A DNA stretch of 64,000 nucleotides from Owenia fusiformis. Taxonomy: Eukaryota. The stretch covers positions 24,304,001-24,368,000 of the forward strand of contig CAIIXF020000001.1 of assembly GCA_903813345.2 (NCBI GenBank). The letters run 5' to 3'. This document shows, one piece after another, positions 52,519 through 64,000 of this stretch. Position numbers and translations under genes: made by a program. Position 1 is the stretch's first letter. Each line of letters opens with the position of its first letter. The notes under the pieces were generated by a model. The model saw only the letters and a program-made list of their open reading frames with translations. It was not told the DNA's origin and made no database searches.

Positions 52519-53720
52519 ATGGTAAACATAACCATGTCCAATTTTGTCTGCTTGGTTGACATGCCTACATTCAAGATCAATGATTGGTCCTGCCCGGCAT
52601 GCATTTGGGATGCAGATAATTGTCATCAAGTAGTTTTGCAGGCGATACATATCACTACTTTCAATTTTTTCTTGGTCGAATAATTCTTTGTTTTTTACAT
52701 AAGCTGAACAATGGAAGTCCTTAATATCTTGTTTTGTGGGGAGATTTTCTGCACTATTTGCTTGATTTTCAAGCTCTCTCTTTTTAGACAGGGCGACCAT
52801 ATTATTACGCCATACATGTAGTCTGTTTTGCTTGACAAATAAGTCATAGTCCTGAGTTTTGAATTCTTTGGTGCACAAAAGCAGGTATTGGTGATACAAC
52901 TGTAACCGCTCTAAATATGATTTTATGGTCAATGCCTGCTTAATGTTAGGAAATTCCTTATTAAGGGTAGGGGTGTTTTCAAGCTCTCTCTTTAGACAGG
53001 GCGACCATAGTCTGTTTTGCTTGACAAATAAGTCATTGTCCCAAGTTTTGATTTCTTTGGTGCACAAAAGCATGTATTGTTGATACAACTGTAACCTCTC
53101 TAAATATGATTTTATGGTCGATGCCTGCTTAATATTAGGAAATTCCTTATTAAGGGTTGGGGTGATGAATTTTTCACAAAGAACATTTTGGTCTTTGGGA
53201 TTATAGCCTCCAACACCAATGTGTAAGTCCTCAATAAACTTAATATTATGAGCAGCACGTTTTGCTGTCTTGTGACTTTTGTTGCCTCCGGATGGGCTGG
53301 AGTACCAGGCAATGAAACGTTCCATCTTTTCAGTAAATTTGGTTGTTGTTTTAGGTGCAGATGTTTCACATGTTTTTATTATTAAATGTTTGTCAAGTCT
53401 TTGCACATTTTTCCCATATTTTTTACATTTTTTCCCATATTTTTTACATTTTATATTTATATTGTCTTGTTTGATTCGGCACTCTTCTTTTTCTAGCATA
53501 TTCATGAGAAAATTTTGCTTTAAAGTTTTTGGGAATTTTATAATTTGGATCTTTAAAATGTACTTGTCTAAAATGTTTGGGGAGGCCTTTATATTTATTC
53601 AAACATGTAGGGCAGGTATGCTTCCTTCCCTCTTTTTTGACACTTGAATCTGTTTTGGCACTCTGTAGATTTTCAGTTTTGGAAATACAAAATTACCACA
53701 AGCTAACTACTGCTAGATTC
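52519..53720 (-). pseudogene. Most complete copy of the YR large N-terminal exon (Zn-finger motifs, core-binding domain, catalytic Arg)
   Basis: KHTCPTCLNKYKGLPKHFRQVH is frameshifted into the 335-aa ORF: VQRLDKHL, WYSSPSGGNK, STIKSYL (internally duplicated ~60 aa), NYLMTIICIPNACRAGPIIDL (box I Arg at 52594-52596), YVYH|GTAAGT. Confidence 0.72.
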
Positions 53721-53788
53721 TATTAAATGATCATGTTTGATACAATTACAAATCTCATTAAGTTATTTTACATATTTTTACTAGTATA

Positions 53789-56700
53789 CAAGGCACGTTT
53801 GAATAGTTCTTTTCTTTATGCTCTAAAATTTTTACTATGGCATCAAACATTACGAAATACATCTCAGAAATATAATTAGAATTGATTGAGAAATAAAAAT
53901 CTGGCAGCACTTTTAAAAGGGGTCGTCAAGAATCAGTGGAGCAAATATCTGCAGTTATAACGTCACATAAAACTGTAAAAGGAATCAACACGTCACAGAA
54001 TTGGCTTTACACCAGCCTATTACTATTCCTACATTCCAATGGCACATTCGAAAGAGATCATTTCTTAACTTCTCAAGGCTCTTTGTCCTCTTCAAAGCAT
54101 TTGCCTTTAAAGACAATACATTTACAGAATCTTCTTATCCATTCCATATATCCATCATGGAGACCATCTGCGAAGGAAATCTTATTCGCATGTTCAATAG
54201 CTTTGATAAGTTAAGTATGGCTTTCAAACTTTCTCCCACGGAGACATTTTTTAAGCTGTGGAAATATTTTGAAGTCGCATAGAGCCAGGTCTGGACTATA
54301 GGGGGCATGGGGGTTATAATGAAAACACGCGCTACGCGCTAACGCGCTAGCGCACTAACGCACTGTTCAGAATGATCGTTCCCACAGGCCCGGGAACATG
54401 TATAAAAATCGAGTGAGTGAAGAGATTAGGTGGCGCATCAGAAAGCAGAAGTATGAAGAAGCCCAATGTTTGATTGTTACGTTAACTGTGCAAAGATTAT
54501 CGATTGTCAGTGTGTTTTATCTGATTTAAAAGGAAGATAAATAGAAAGTAGCACCTTACAAGATGAATGGTCGCAGATATGCGAATATGCTCCCTATTTC
54601 ATTTTCATTGCATTATTTGGGTCCATCCATCGGCGAGAAAAATCCCGTTTCGAAATCTGAGCCGGGGGCCCAACTTCTTCTATTTGTCGCATGTTACCTC
54701 TTAATATCAAGTCATGGATGTTTTATATATCTTTACTCTTTGTATTTGAAGTTATTTCTCACATGACTTACCAAACGGTGGGATAATTCAGGCGTCGCAT
54801 TTATATTTGTCCATTTTTCTTTTAATGCCCGGTTACACTCTTTCGCTTTCATGGGGGGGGGGGGTGTATGGGGTTATCGTATAAGAGGAGGGTGAAAATC
54901 TATTGTGTATGACTGCATAAGAGGGGGCAACATTTATCGTATATGGCATCGTATAAGTTAAATAAACATATGTTTTAAAAGAATTAAAGAAGCCTATTAT
55001 GAAATTTAAAGTACAGTTTGAACGAATACTGCAGATCCAGCTTATCCCCATAAATTTGGGATTTCAATACACAAGTAGTTGTGGGGGCTTGCCCGTAGCC
55101 AGCTTTTACCAGGAGGGGGAGCCTTTTTCCAGGGGAAGCTTTTTCACAATTTTGGCTAATAATCATGAAAAAATTCTCAGAATGGTGAGAAACTGCATGA
55201 TTTTGAAAGAATCTCTGGCCAGAGGGGGAGCTCCGCTCCCCCAGCTCCCCCTCTGGCTACGGGCCTGGTTGTGGGGGTGATTTGAAAAATCAGTCCCACA
55301 TTTATGGGGGTAATCCAGATCTCTATATAGTAGTCTCTATATGCCAGGACAGTAACCAGGATTTCCCAGGGGGGGGGGGGGGGCACTTTTTCAAAAAAAA
55401 ATCCAAAGTCACCCTCCGAACCCCCCTGGCTTCGGGGCTGTGTACTGCCTATTTGCCGTATGATTATACATTTGGTACTACGTGGATTCTTGCATTATGT
55501 TATTTCCTTCTGAATATTATCCAAACTTTTCTCAACGGTAATTTCAAAATTATCGTACAGATTATTTACCCGAGCTTTTTGTAAAATATAGTACTACAGG
55601 GAGATGTGAAAAATATTGCATACACTGTATGTTATACATGTAAAAGGGGTGAAAATGCTGTAAATGGTATAAGACTGAGGGGCTAGTGAAAAATAGTGTA
55701 TATGGATTTCCAAGACCCCTATAAACCCCCCTTTCATGTTTGCTTTCGTTTTTCTCAATTTGATTTTAGATTTAAAAAGTTTTGAATTACGTCAGTCCCA
55801 GTGAAATGTATTACCTATTTTATCAGGAATATTGTTGAAAACAGGATTGTATTTCATTTGGAATTAAAGTTTTAAATAAGAGACGATTTAAAAAGTAATG
55901 TAAACCTGACCAGCATGTTTTATCATTGTCCGGTAATTGGCCGTAAATATTTATTAATTCCAAGTTACTCATGTTCTTTCAGGTCAAATACAGAGAAAAG
56001 TACACGTTCATTTAGTTTTGGAATTATTTCCTAAATTGAAGTCGAATTCTGTTGTTTAACGGTGTGAAGAACATCTTAATTGGTCTTATATTTTTAGAGA
56101 AATCGTAACTTGAAAAGTGTAATTTTCGAGAGGCTTTGTTTATTTCCTGCGGCCGCAAAGTTCACATCAAAGTCTGATTGACAGGTTAGCGGTGATTTAT
56201 ACAGTCTTTGAACTGTCAATGTTTTGACAAGTTCCCAGGGAGTCATAACCCTAATTATACATGTCCCTGGGCCAAGGGTATAGACCAATCATAAACATGC
56301 GCTTAAAACATGCGCACACATCGTGGGGGAGGGATCATTTTCTATTAGCGCATTGGCGCGTGGCGCGTTAGCGCGTAGCGCGTGTTTTCATTATAACCGG
56401 GCATGGGGGAATTCTTCCATTTTTAGATTTTTGATAACTGCACGAAGACGATGTGCTGAATGACTTGGCCCATTGTCTGCATGGTAGATTACTCTGCCTA
56501 TTAGCTCAGGCCGCTTCTTTCGTAATGCATTTTGTAGATCACGCCGAAGAACCTGCAATCATATCAGAGCTTCTATTTTAATACCATACATTGGTACAAG
56601 GCTATACAGTATGCTCAGTTCGAAAAGAATTTTCATTAGGTTTAAAAAAGTAATAGGACATACGTAATTACGTACCCTGGCATAGTAGTTAGCATTAATT

Positions 56701-57730
56701 GTCTTCCCTTGTGGCACAGCATGAGTCAAGACGATGCCTTTGATATCGGCGAATGTCATCACCATCACTTTCTTAGTAGATCTGGCCACTCTGAATTTCT
56801 TAGGACGAGGGCTATTGATACCAGTCCACTGTTTGCTACTTTGTTTTGTCTCGGTCATACATAGATACAAGACTTTCATCCATAGTTAGGAACCTATTCA
56901 AGAAGACATCCCCTTCTTTGGGGAAGCGTTTAAGAAATCCCTTTGCCATCCAAACTCAGGCCTTTTTCTGTTCTTCTGTTAACATTCTAGGAATCCACTT
57001 TGCAGATATTTTTCTCAAATTCAGCTTGTGTTTCAAGATAAAATGAATTCTTTCACAACTTAATTGGGTCCTGTCTTGTATCTCTCTAATTGTAACATGT
57101 TTGTCCTCTTCTAGAATAGATTTAACGAGGTTAATGTTTGCTTGAAGTGTTGCAGATGTTTTCCGTTTCGGGGTGAATCATCAATGTCAAAGAATCCACT
57201 TTTAAATTTTTGTACCATGTCCTAATCGTTGGATAGGTACAACAGTCATCATCATATTATGTCATTTTGCACGTGTCCCAGGTTTCTTTCAATGTTTTTT
57301 TGCTGTTTTATACATATTTTTATGCATACTCTGCTCTTTGATGATACCAGATACCATTTTGCTCCACAGAAATGAAAATTTTGCTCCACTTTTGTTAAAG
57401 ATGGCTACTGAGGGTCTTGATGTAACAAAATTGTGCATCATTACATCATGGAAACAGTTAAGCACAACAGATATACAGAATAATTTGAAAAATCAACTGT
57501 TTTAAATTTACTCATACAAATTATCTGGTTGCGTTTCAAGGGTGCTCCACGGGTTCTCATTTCCTGGCTACCATGGCAACCGAAAGTACATTTCCTTTTA
57601 TGGTAAATTGATCAAATTAGTACAAATCAAGGAAAAATGGATAAACATTGTGTGGTGAAAGTTTCATAAAAATTCATGCATTGATAAAAATTTTAGAGCA
57701 AAAAGAAAGGAACTTTTCAAACGTGCCTTG
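53789..57730 (-). mobile_element. Mariner (DD34D-type) transposon, degenerate, with an intron and a nested insertion
   Basis: TIR CAAGGCACGTTTGAA with TA TSD. Motifs TMDES, SKQW..PKKF..KKVM, NANYYAR|intron 56553-56675|VLRR..KKRP..YHADN, APYSPDLALCDF. Confidence 0.9.
54312..56398. mobile_element. MULE/Mutator-like non-autonomous element nested in the mariner
   Basis: TIR GGTTATAATGAAAACACGCGCTACGCGCTAACGCGC; 9-bp TSD GGGCATGGG (54303-54311, 56399-56407). Confidence 0.85.
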
Positions 57731-57894
57731 TATTCATAATTAAGTGCAATACTCCTAAGTATTAAAATTATTATCATTATCATATCATAATCATGGCATT
57801 ATACTTATCTGACAATCTTGCTCTTCATTCTTGTGAAATGAATCTTACGTAAATCCATCGTTCTGTCCATTTGTTGGGCTCTTAAATCAATCAA

Positions 57895-58749
57895 AATCAA
57901 CAATAACAATTATCTAGATTTCAACATAAACAAACCATCTCCTCCAAATATTATACAAACCAGAAACCATCTCCTCCAAATAGCATACAAACCAGAAACC
58001 ATCTCCTCCAAATAGCATAAAACCAGAAACCATCGCCTCAAAATAGCATGCAAACCAGAAAACATCTCCAAATGTCTTCTCTGCTCGCCTTAGATTCTTT
58101 CATGAATGACAGGGAACTTAACATTATACATAAAAAGCAGAAATCATCTCCTCCAAATATTTTACAAACCAGAAACCATCTCCTCCAAATAGCATAAAAC
58201 CAGAAACCATCTCCTCAAAATAGCATACAAACCAGAAACCATCTCCTCCAAATGTCTTCTCTGCTTGTCTTAACAATTATCTAGATTTCAACATATACAA
58301 ACCATCTCCTCCAAATATTATACAAACCAGAAATCATCTCCTCCAAATAGTATACAAACCAGAAACCATCTCCTCCAAATAGCATAAAACCAGAAACCAT
58401 CTCCTCAAAATAGCATGCAAACCAGAAAACATCTCCTCCAAATGTCTTCTCTGCTCGTCTTAGATTCTTTCATGAATGAGAAGGAACTTAACATTAAACA
58501 TAAAAACCAGAAATCATCTCCTCAAAATAGCATACAAACCAGAAACCATCTCCTCCAAATAGCATACAAACCAGAAACCATCTCCTCCAAATGTCTTCTC
58601 TGCTTGTCTTAGATTCTTTCATGAATGAGAGGGAACTTAAATTATACATAAAAACCAGAAATCATCTCCTCCAAATAGCATACAAACCAGAAACCATCTC
58701 CTCCAAATAGCATACAAACCAGAAACCATCTCCTCCAAATGTCTTCTCT
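57895..58749. repeat. ~31-bp minisatellite (AAACCAGAAACCATCTCCTCCAAATAGCATAC) with larger superunits; resumes at 62220-62360
   Basis: Direct repeats are visible. Related tracts occur at ~35880-36280, 49600-49990 and 51630-51900. Confidence 0.9.
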
Positions 58750-61700
58750 CACTGGGGGGTATCGTGATGCAACAACACCGTGTTGTTGCATCAAGATGGC
58801 CAGACTTCCGGTGATAGATTTTCGTACGATGTTTTGTTTTCCCAATTTACACCTATTTCTAGGACGAGTTGCTCAATAATCATACACATGCAGTTAGCAC
58901 ATGATCTATATTTTAAAAAACTGTCATTGGTATACACGTAGCATCATCAAGAAGCGATAAATTCGTGGTTTTAATTCCTCACTATTGATGCAACAACACC
59001 ACTCTGTTTCTTATCGATGATGCAACAACACCAATGTGCTGATGCAAAAACGCCAATATAATGTATCATTGAACAACAAGAGAAACTGTTTTATGTTCTG
59101 TTTAAAGGTGTAGGTCGGGACATGAATAAAATGCGTGAGTCAGTGGTCCATGAACGAAACATATTTTGTTTGGTTTCTTTGTCTATATCAAAGTTAAAAG
59201 GATATACAAGGCAAACTAAATAAAGTACAGAATCCCCGGGAGGCAATCTCATTGATATTGTATCTGAAAAATAAAGATTATACATTTGCTAAATTAAATG
59301 CCCTTGATTTACTGTATGGAAATTGCTTACAAATAACTAATATAATTTTGGAAAGACAACAGATATCAGTCATTTTGTGTTGTTAGTACCTCAATTGAAA
59401 TACTCAATTCTGATTGGTTGATGAGCGGGCAACAAAATGTATTGTTAGTACCTCAACTGAAATACTCGATTCTGATTGGGTGATTAGCGGTCAAAATTAT
59501 GTACTGTTGACCGCTAGTAGGTACTGTTGACCGCTACTTCTGAAAAAAAGTTTCATGACGTCACAAAAAAACATGGAAGACAGACATTTTGTAAATGTTG
59601 AGGAAAATGACTTTACTAGGCGACAAGTATAGCAAAAATACAAATAGAAACTTAAAATTAACATTAATTCACTAACGAGTACGCCGTGATGACTGTCTCC
59701 ATATTTTCTAAAAAAAATATTGCTAACGTGGTTCGGAGAAAAGGTTGTGTAATGAAGCCATGCCGATTGATGATCGTCGTCTATATGTGTATTATTAGTT
59801 TACTCGGACAATTTACAAAACAATTGTAGACCTCCCCATTCGATCAACCGTCAAAATCATATACCTCGACTGTAAACCTTGAAACTTATGTTGACCTCGA
59901 CCTTCGGTCTCTGTCAACAGTATTTTTTCGGTTTACAGTCTCGGTATACAATTTTGCCAGTTGGCCTCTGGGGAGGTCAACAATTGTAAACTGTTGACCA
60001 CTACTAGGTACTGTTGACCCCTATTTTTGAAAAATTGTTTTTTTAATGTTGAATTTTTTTTAATTTTGAAAAAATAAGTTGTGTAAAAAATTACAAGTAT
60101 TCGACGGTTTGGGGATTTTTTGCTAAAACATGATACCTTTACTTATCAAATATGTTCACGTGATATTCGATTATATATTCGTCCACTTATTATATTATTT
60201 GGACTAACAGAACAATTGTTAACCTCTCTTTTCGGTCAACTGGCAAAAGTGTCCTCGACCTCTGGTCTTGATCAACAGTACTTTCAAGGTTTACAGTATC
60301 GGTATACAATTTTGCCAGTTGACCTCAAGAGGGGTCTACAATTGTATATTGTATATCCTTTTTTATCCCACCCAAAGTATGATGTCATATATCAAGTTGA
60401 AGAGTTGTATACGCTGCTCAGGAGTTTACGCTAGTGGTGTCAATTAACCGCTTGAGCATTAACCGGTTAACCGGGGGTTTTTACCGGTTAAAGTTGGTTA
60501 ACCGGAGGGAAATTTGAACTGATAATTTCAAATGAAATCTTCATCTTCGATCTTGAAAGTTGAAAAAAATTGGAAAAATGATATATCGGCGTTTATTTTT
60601 ACGTTCGTCAAGCTTTACTCTATTCTATGTAAGTAAGCGCGGATAAGCAATGTGGCAGGAATTAAAGTTGCTGATTGGATGTTTGAAAGGGATTATCGGA
60701 CCTATCACATGTATGAGTAGCTCACATGAAACTGACGCTTGAAAAACAAACAGATTAAAATGCAAAGTAAGCGCGGGAAAGCAATGTGGCAGGGATTAAA
60801 GTTGCTGATTGGATGTTTGTAAGGAGTTATAGGACTTATGACATGTATGAGTAGCTTACGTGAAACTGACACCATAAAACCAAACGGATTAGCATGCAAA
60901 ATAAGCGCGGGAAATAACAGACTTATACACGGTCAACTAACCGCCCATAAAAACACAGACCGGTCAAGGCATTATCGGCGGTTAACCGGTTAATACTTGA
61001 CACCTCTAGTTTACGCTATCCAGGAGTTGTACATCGTTCTCAAGAGTTGTATAGGATGAGTGTTGGTTTAATGATATTGCAGTTATACAATGCTATTATA
61101 TAAAAGTTATTTACTGAGAGGGATTCAATATTGGTTTTATTTCGAGAGACAATATGATATTTCCCGAGGGCCCGGGATATCTGGGATAACTATACCCCTA
61201 TCAATTTACCTTTTTGGGCCCTAAATCTTATCACTTTTGTTTACCTTTTTACTCAGTCGGAGAGAAGGAATCCAAAGAGAGCAATAATTCTACATGTGCG
61301 TCGTGCAAGATTTCCATTAAACGTGTAACTAAACGGCCTCTCTAATAAAGTCAATTAGACGTTTTTACACGTTGGCTCTCCAAATTGTAGGAAATAAAGA
61401 ATCATGTCATATTATATCATAGATGAAGCAATCATCCCATCAACATAAGCTCACGAATGTCACAGTTAAACTGTTTTAGTTATAATCTGATAAACAGTGG
61501 TAACGTACATCTACTAGTTTATCACTGTTCCACAGAAGGATGACAGATAATATCATGATAATATCCAATAGTTCATCATGTTTACAGAGAATGAAAGATA
61601 TTTGTCCACCATTATGAATGATACTAACTGGAGTCAGGGTCATCAAGCTATGGAACAGTGGTTTATGAAAATAGATTGGGTTACTAAAGCTTGCCATGTT

Positions 61701-62219
61701 AAAAGCGATTGAACTATGTTATAGAATAACGTCCAGTACATTATAATATGTAAAAGTATAAATTTTTGAAAATACATATAAAGATCTTCGCCCGCAGGAC
61801 GTGTATTTTGAATGCCTTGAGAAGAACGCAAATATGGGTAGGCTAATTGGTAACGGTATTGCAATAGTAGCATTTAAAAATCTGTTCCTCTCGAGATGAA
61901 ATTATACTATTGATTGGTGTTGCTGCATCATTGCTCAAATCTAGAGGAGTGTTGTTGCATCTTCGGTTTGGTGTTGTTGCATCAATAGTGAGGAACTAAA
62001 ACCGTGAACTTATTGCTTCTTGGTGATGGTATATGTATACTAATGACAGTTTCTTTAAATATAGATCGTGCGCTAACTGTACATGTATGGTTATTGAGCA
62101 ACTCGTCCTAGAAATGGGTTTAATTGGGGAAACAAAATATCGTACGAAAATCTATCACCGGAAGTCTGGCCATCTTGATGCAACAACACGGTGTTGTTGC
62201 ATCACGATACTCCCCAGTG
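58750..62219. mobile_element. 3.47-kb non-autonomous TIR element, CACTG termini, ~250-bp TIRs, apparent 6-bp TSD
   Basis: CACTGGGG(G/A)GTATCGTGATGCAACAACACCG at both ends. TTCTCT is duplicated, and excision restores the satellite unit GTCTTCTCTGCTTGTC. Confidence 0.85.
60432..61008. mobile_element. hAT-type MITE nested in the TIR element
   Basis: TAG(T/A)GGTGTCAA termini, TTAACCGGTTAACC subterminal motifs, 8-bp TSD GTTTACGC. Confidence 0.88.
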
Positions 62220-62379
62220 TTCTCTGCTTGTCTTAGATTCTTTCATGAATGAGAGGGAACTTAACATTATACATAAAAACCAGAAATCATCTCCTCCAAA
62301 TAGCATACAAACCAGAAACCATCCCCTCCAAATGTTTTCTCTGCTTGTCTTAGATCCTTTCATAAATTGAATAGGATGA

Positions 62380-63073
62380 TTGGCAAACTATCCTTGTGCT
62401 TGTAGGATTTATTGCATCCGGGACAAGTCAATGATGCACTGTCCTTATGCATGGCAACATGCCTTCTAAGTTGCCAACCAGTTTTCTATTCCTCCGAACA
62501 TATCGAACATATGTGTACACTTTGTCCTGGAATAACAAGGAAACAATTTTTGAACAAAGCATTAACTTAGTGAAGAGATACAGACATTCAATCAATTTAA
62601 CATCACTTCTTGTTGGTAGCATGCTAGCAACCATCAATTCACAATGGTCACCAGGAGAAAATATGGCTGGTTTCTATCTTTGAGATCTGCATTTTTAATG
62701 TCAGTTAGGGTCCTATATCACTACACAGTGTCCACATCATGCAGTTCATTACTATTAATGAATTATTTCAATAGTTTATCAATAAGCATTTCAGAAGAAT
62801 ATACTTAAGTAGTAATTCAGGCCCGTAACGGGGGAGGGGAGTTCGAGCAAACCCCCCTTGCCAAAAAAACTTTCAAAATCATGCAGTTTTTCACCATTCT
62901 GAGCACTTTTTAAGTGATTTTGGCCACTTTTGGACCAAAATTGTCATAAGTGAACTCCCCTGGAATTTAAAAAAAGTGAACCCCTTGGCAAATCCTGGCT
63001 ATGGGCCTGTAATTTAAGGTCCTACTTCTTCTTCCTCTTGCCATTCTTCATCATCATCATATTTAATTACTCT
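62380..63073 (-). pseudogene. Second copy of the acidic and C2H2 terminal exons
   Basis: RVIKYDDDEEWQEEEEVG (63020-63073) and CSICSEE*KTGWQLRRHVAMHKDSASLTCPGCNKSYKHKDSL (62380-62527) parallel the exons at 27.5-27.9 kb. Confidence 0.6.
62818..63009. mobile_element. Short MITE (CAGGCCCGTA..TATGGGCCTG); relatives at ~37740-37860 and ~55090-55268
   Basis: Short TIRs, TAATT on both flanks, shared core AAAATCATGCA.TTTTTCACCATTCT. Confidence 0.65.
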
Positions 63074-63114
63074 CTGTAAAAACAATGTGATTCTAAAATG
63101 ATTAACCCCTTCCC

Positions 63115-64000
63115 ATACATGAATCTTCATGGTCAGCCAGCGACTATATCAATTCGGGGGTTCCCCAAGGGCCCATCTTAGGACCTTTGCTATTTTTAGT
63201 TTACATAAACGATTTACCTGATAATATTTTAAGCAAGTGTTTTCTGTATGCAGATGACACTTCTCTTTATCAGCCCTTCAGCCATGATAATATGCCTGAT
63301 TGTATAAACACCCTCCAATCTGATCTAAATTCTATAAACAATTGATCTGATAAATGGCAATTAAAATTCAAACCCTCTAAAAGTGATGATTTGACATTTA
63401 GTAGTCCAAAATAGAATGAAATAATAACCCCTGACCTAAAATTGGGAACTGAATCTATACCAAGGTGTGTTTCACATAAACACCTTGGCTTTATTTTTGA
63501 CTCCACATTATCTTTCAATCCTCACATTACCCAGCTTGCAAAGAAAATTGATAAGCTTTTAAATCCACTTAAAGCATAAAGTAAAAACTTAGTGGAAACC
63601 ATCTAAATCTTATGTTCAAATCTTTTATCTTACCACATTTTGATTTTTGCGACATTCTCTATGGATGTGCAGATATTTCCAAATTAAAACGCATTGACCA
63701 ACTCTACTTCAAGGCAGCTCTGATTTGTAGTGGAACTATACATGGGTCATCTTCTGAAAAGGTGCTCAATATTCTAAATTGGCTTAAACTAGAGACGAGG
63801 AGGAAGTTTCATTGACTGACCCTCATGTTCAATATCCAAAATCAGAAAGTTCCTTCATACGTTCAAAACATATTTGATAAATATAAGAGACAACAACCTC
63901 CTCTCTATTTGAGAAATCCAACTGAATTTGTCTTGCCTGTTAAAAGATCTGTGATATTTAAAGAACACATGCATTTTTACAGCTATCTCAGAATGGAACA
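63115..64000 (+). mobile_element. Degenerate CR1/L2-like LINE reverse transcriptase fragment
   Basis: [40 protein letters not shown]. In-frame stops; similar to the LINE at 4.8-7.0 kb. Confidence 0.88.

Noticed and set aside
57895-58749. 31-bp repeats as a CRISPR array
   Set aside because: The repeats are contiguous with no unique spacers, there are no cas genes, and the context is eukaryotic.
18200-63073. Calling the YR cluster a Polinton, DIRS element or prophage
   Set aside because: No DNA polymerase B, capsid, packaging ATPase or linked DIRS-type RT/RNase H was seen, and the spliceosomal introns argue against a prokaryotic origin.

Overview
AT-rich, repeat-dense animal (probably invertebrate) nuclear DNA with spliceosomal introns and no recognisable intact host housekeeping gene. 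About 1-17 kb is a transposon graveyard. It holds hAT transposase remnants, a CR1/L2-type LINE split by an 850-bp foldback element, a Tc1/mariner element made of two inverted 3' ends, a nearly intact Gmr1-type Gypsy (integrase before RT, one nonsense codon, only the 3' LTR visible) and a spliced BEN-domain gene. The main signal spans about 18-63 kb: many minus-strand, GT-AG-bounded exons of a tyrosine-recombinase (YR, Crypton-like) gene family. The exons encode N-terminal Zn-finger motifs, a catalytic-Arg exon, a 178-bp MKHS..Y catalytic exon (8 copies), acidic exons and C-terminal C2H2 fingers, amplified by nested tandem duplications. Embedded in this cluster is a 9-copy, ~1.15-kb array joining a YR fragment to a TATA-preceded standalone SGNH/GDSL hydrolase ORF. 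Further DNA transposons (CACTA MITE, intron-containing mariner, MULE-like, hAT MITE, a 6-bp-TSD TIR element), Penelope remnants and a second LINE are interspersed. All family assignments come from motif recognition by eye, not database searches. Most copies look pseudogenised.
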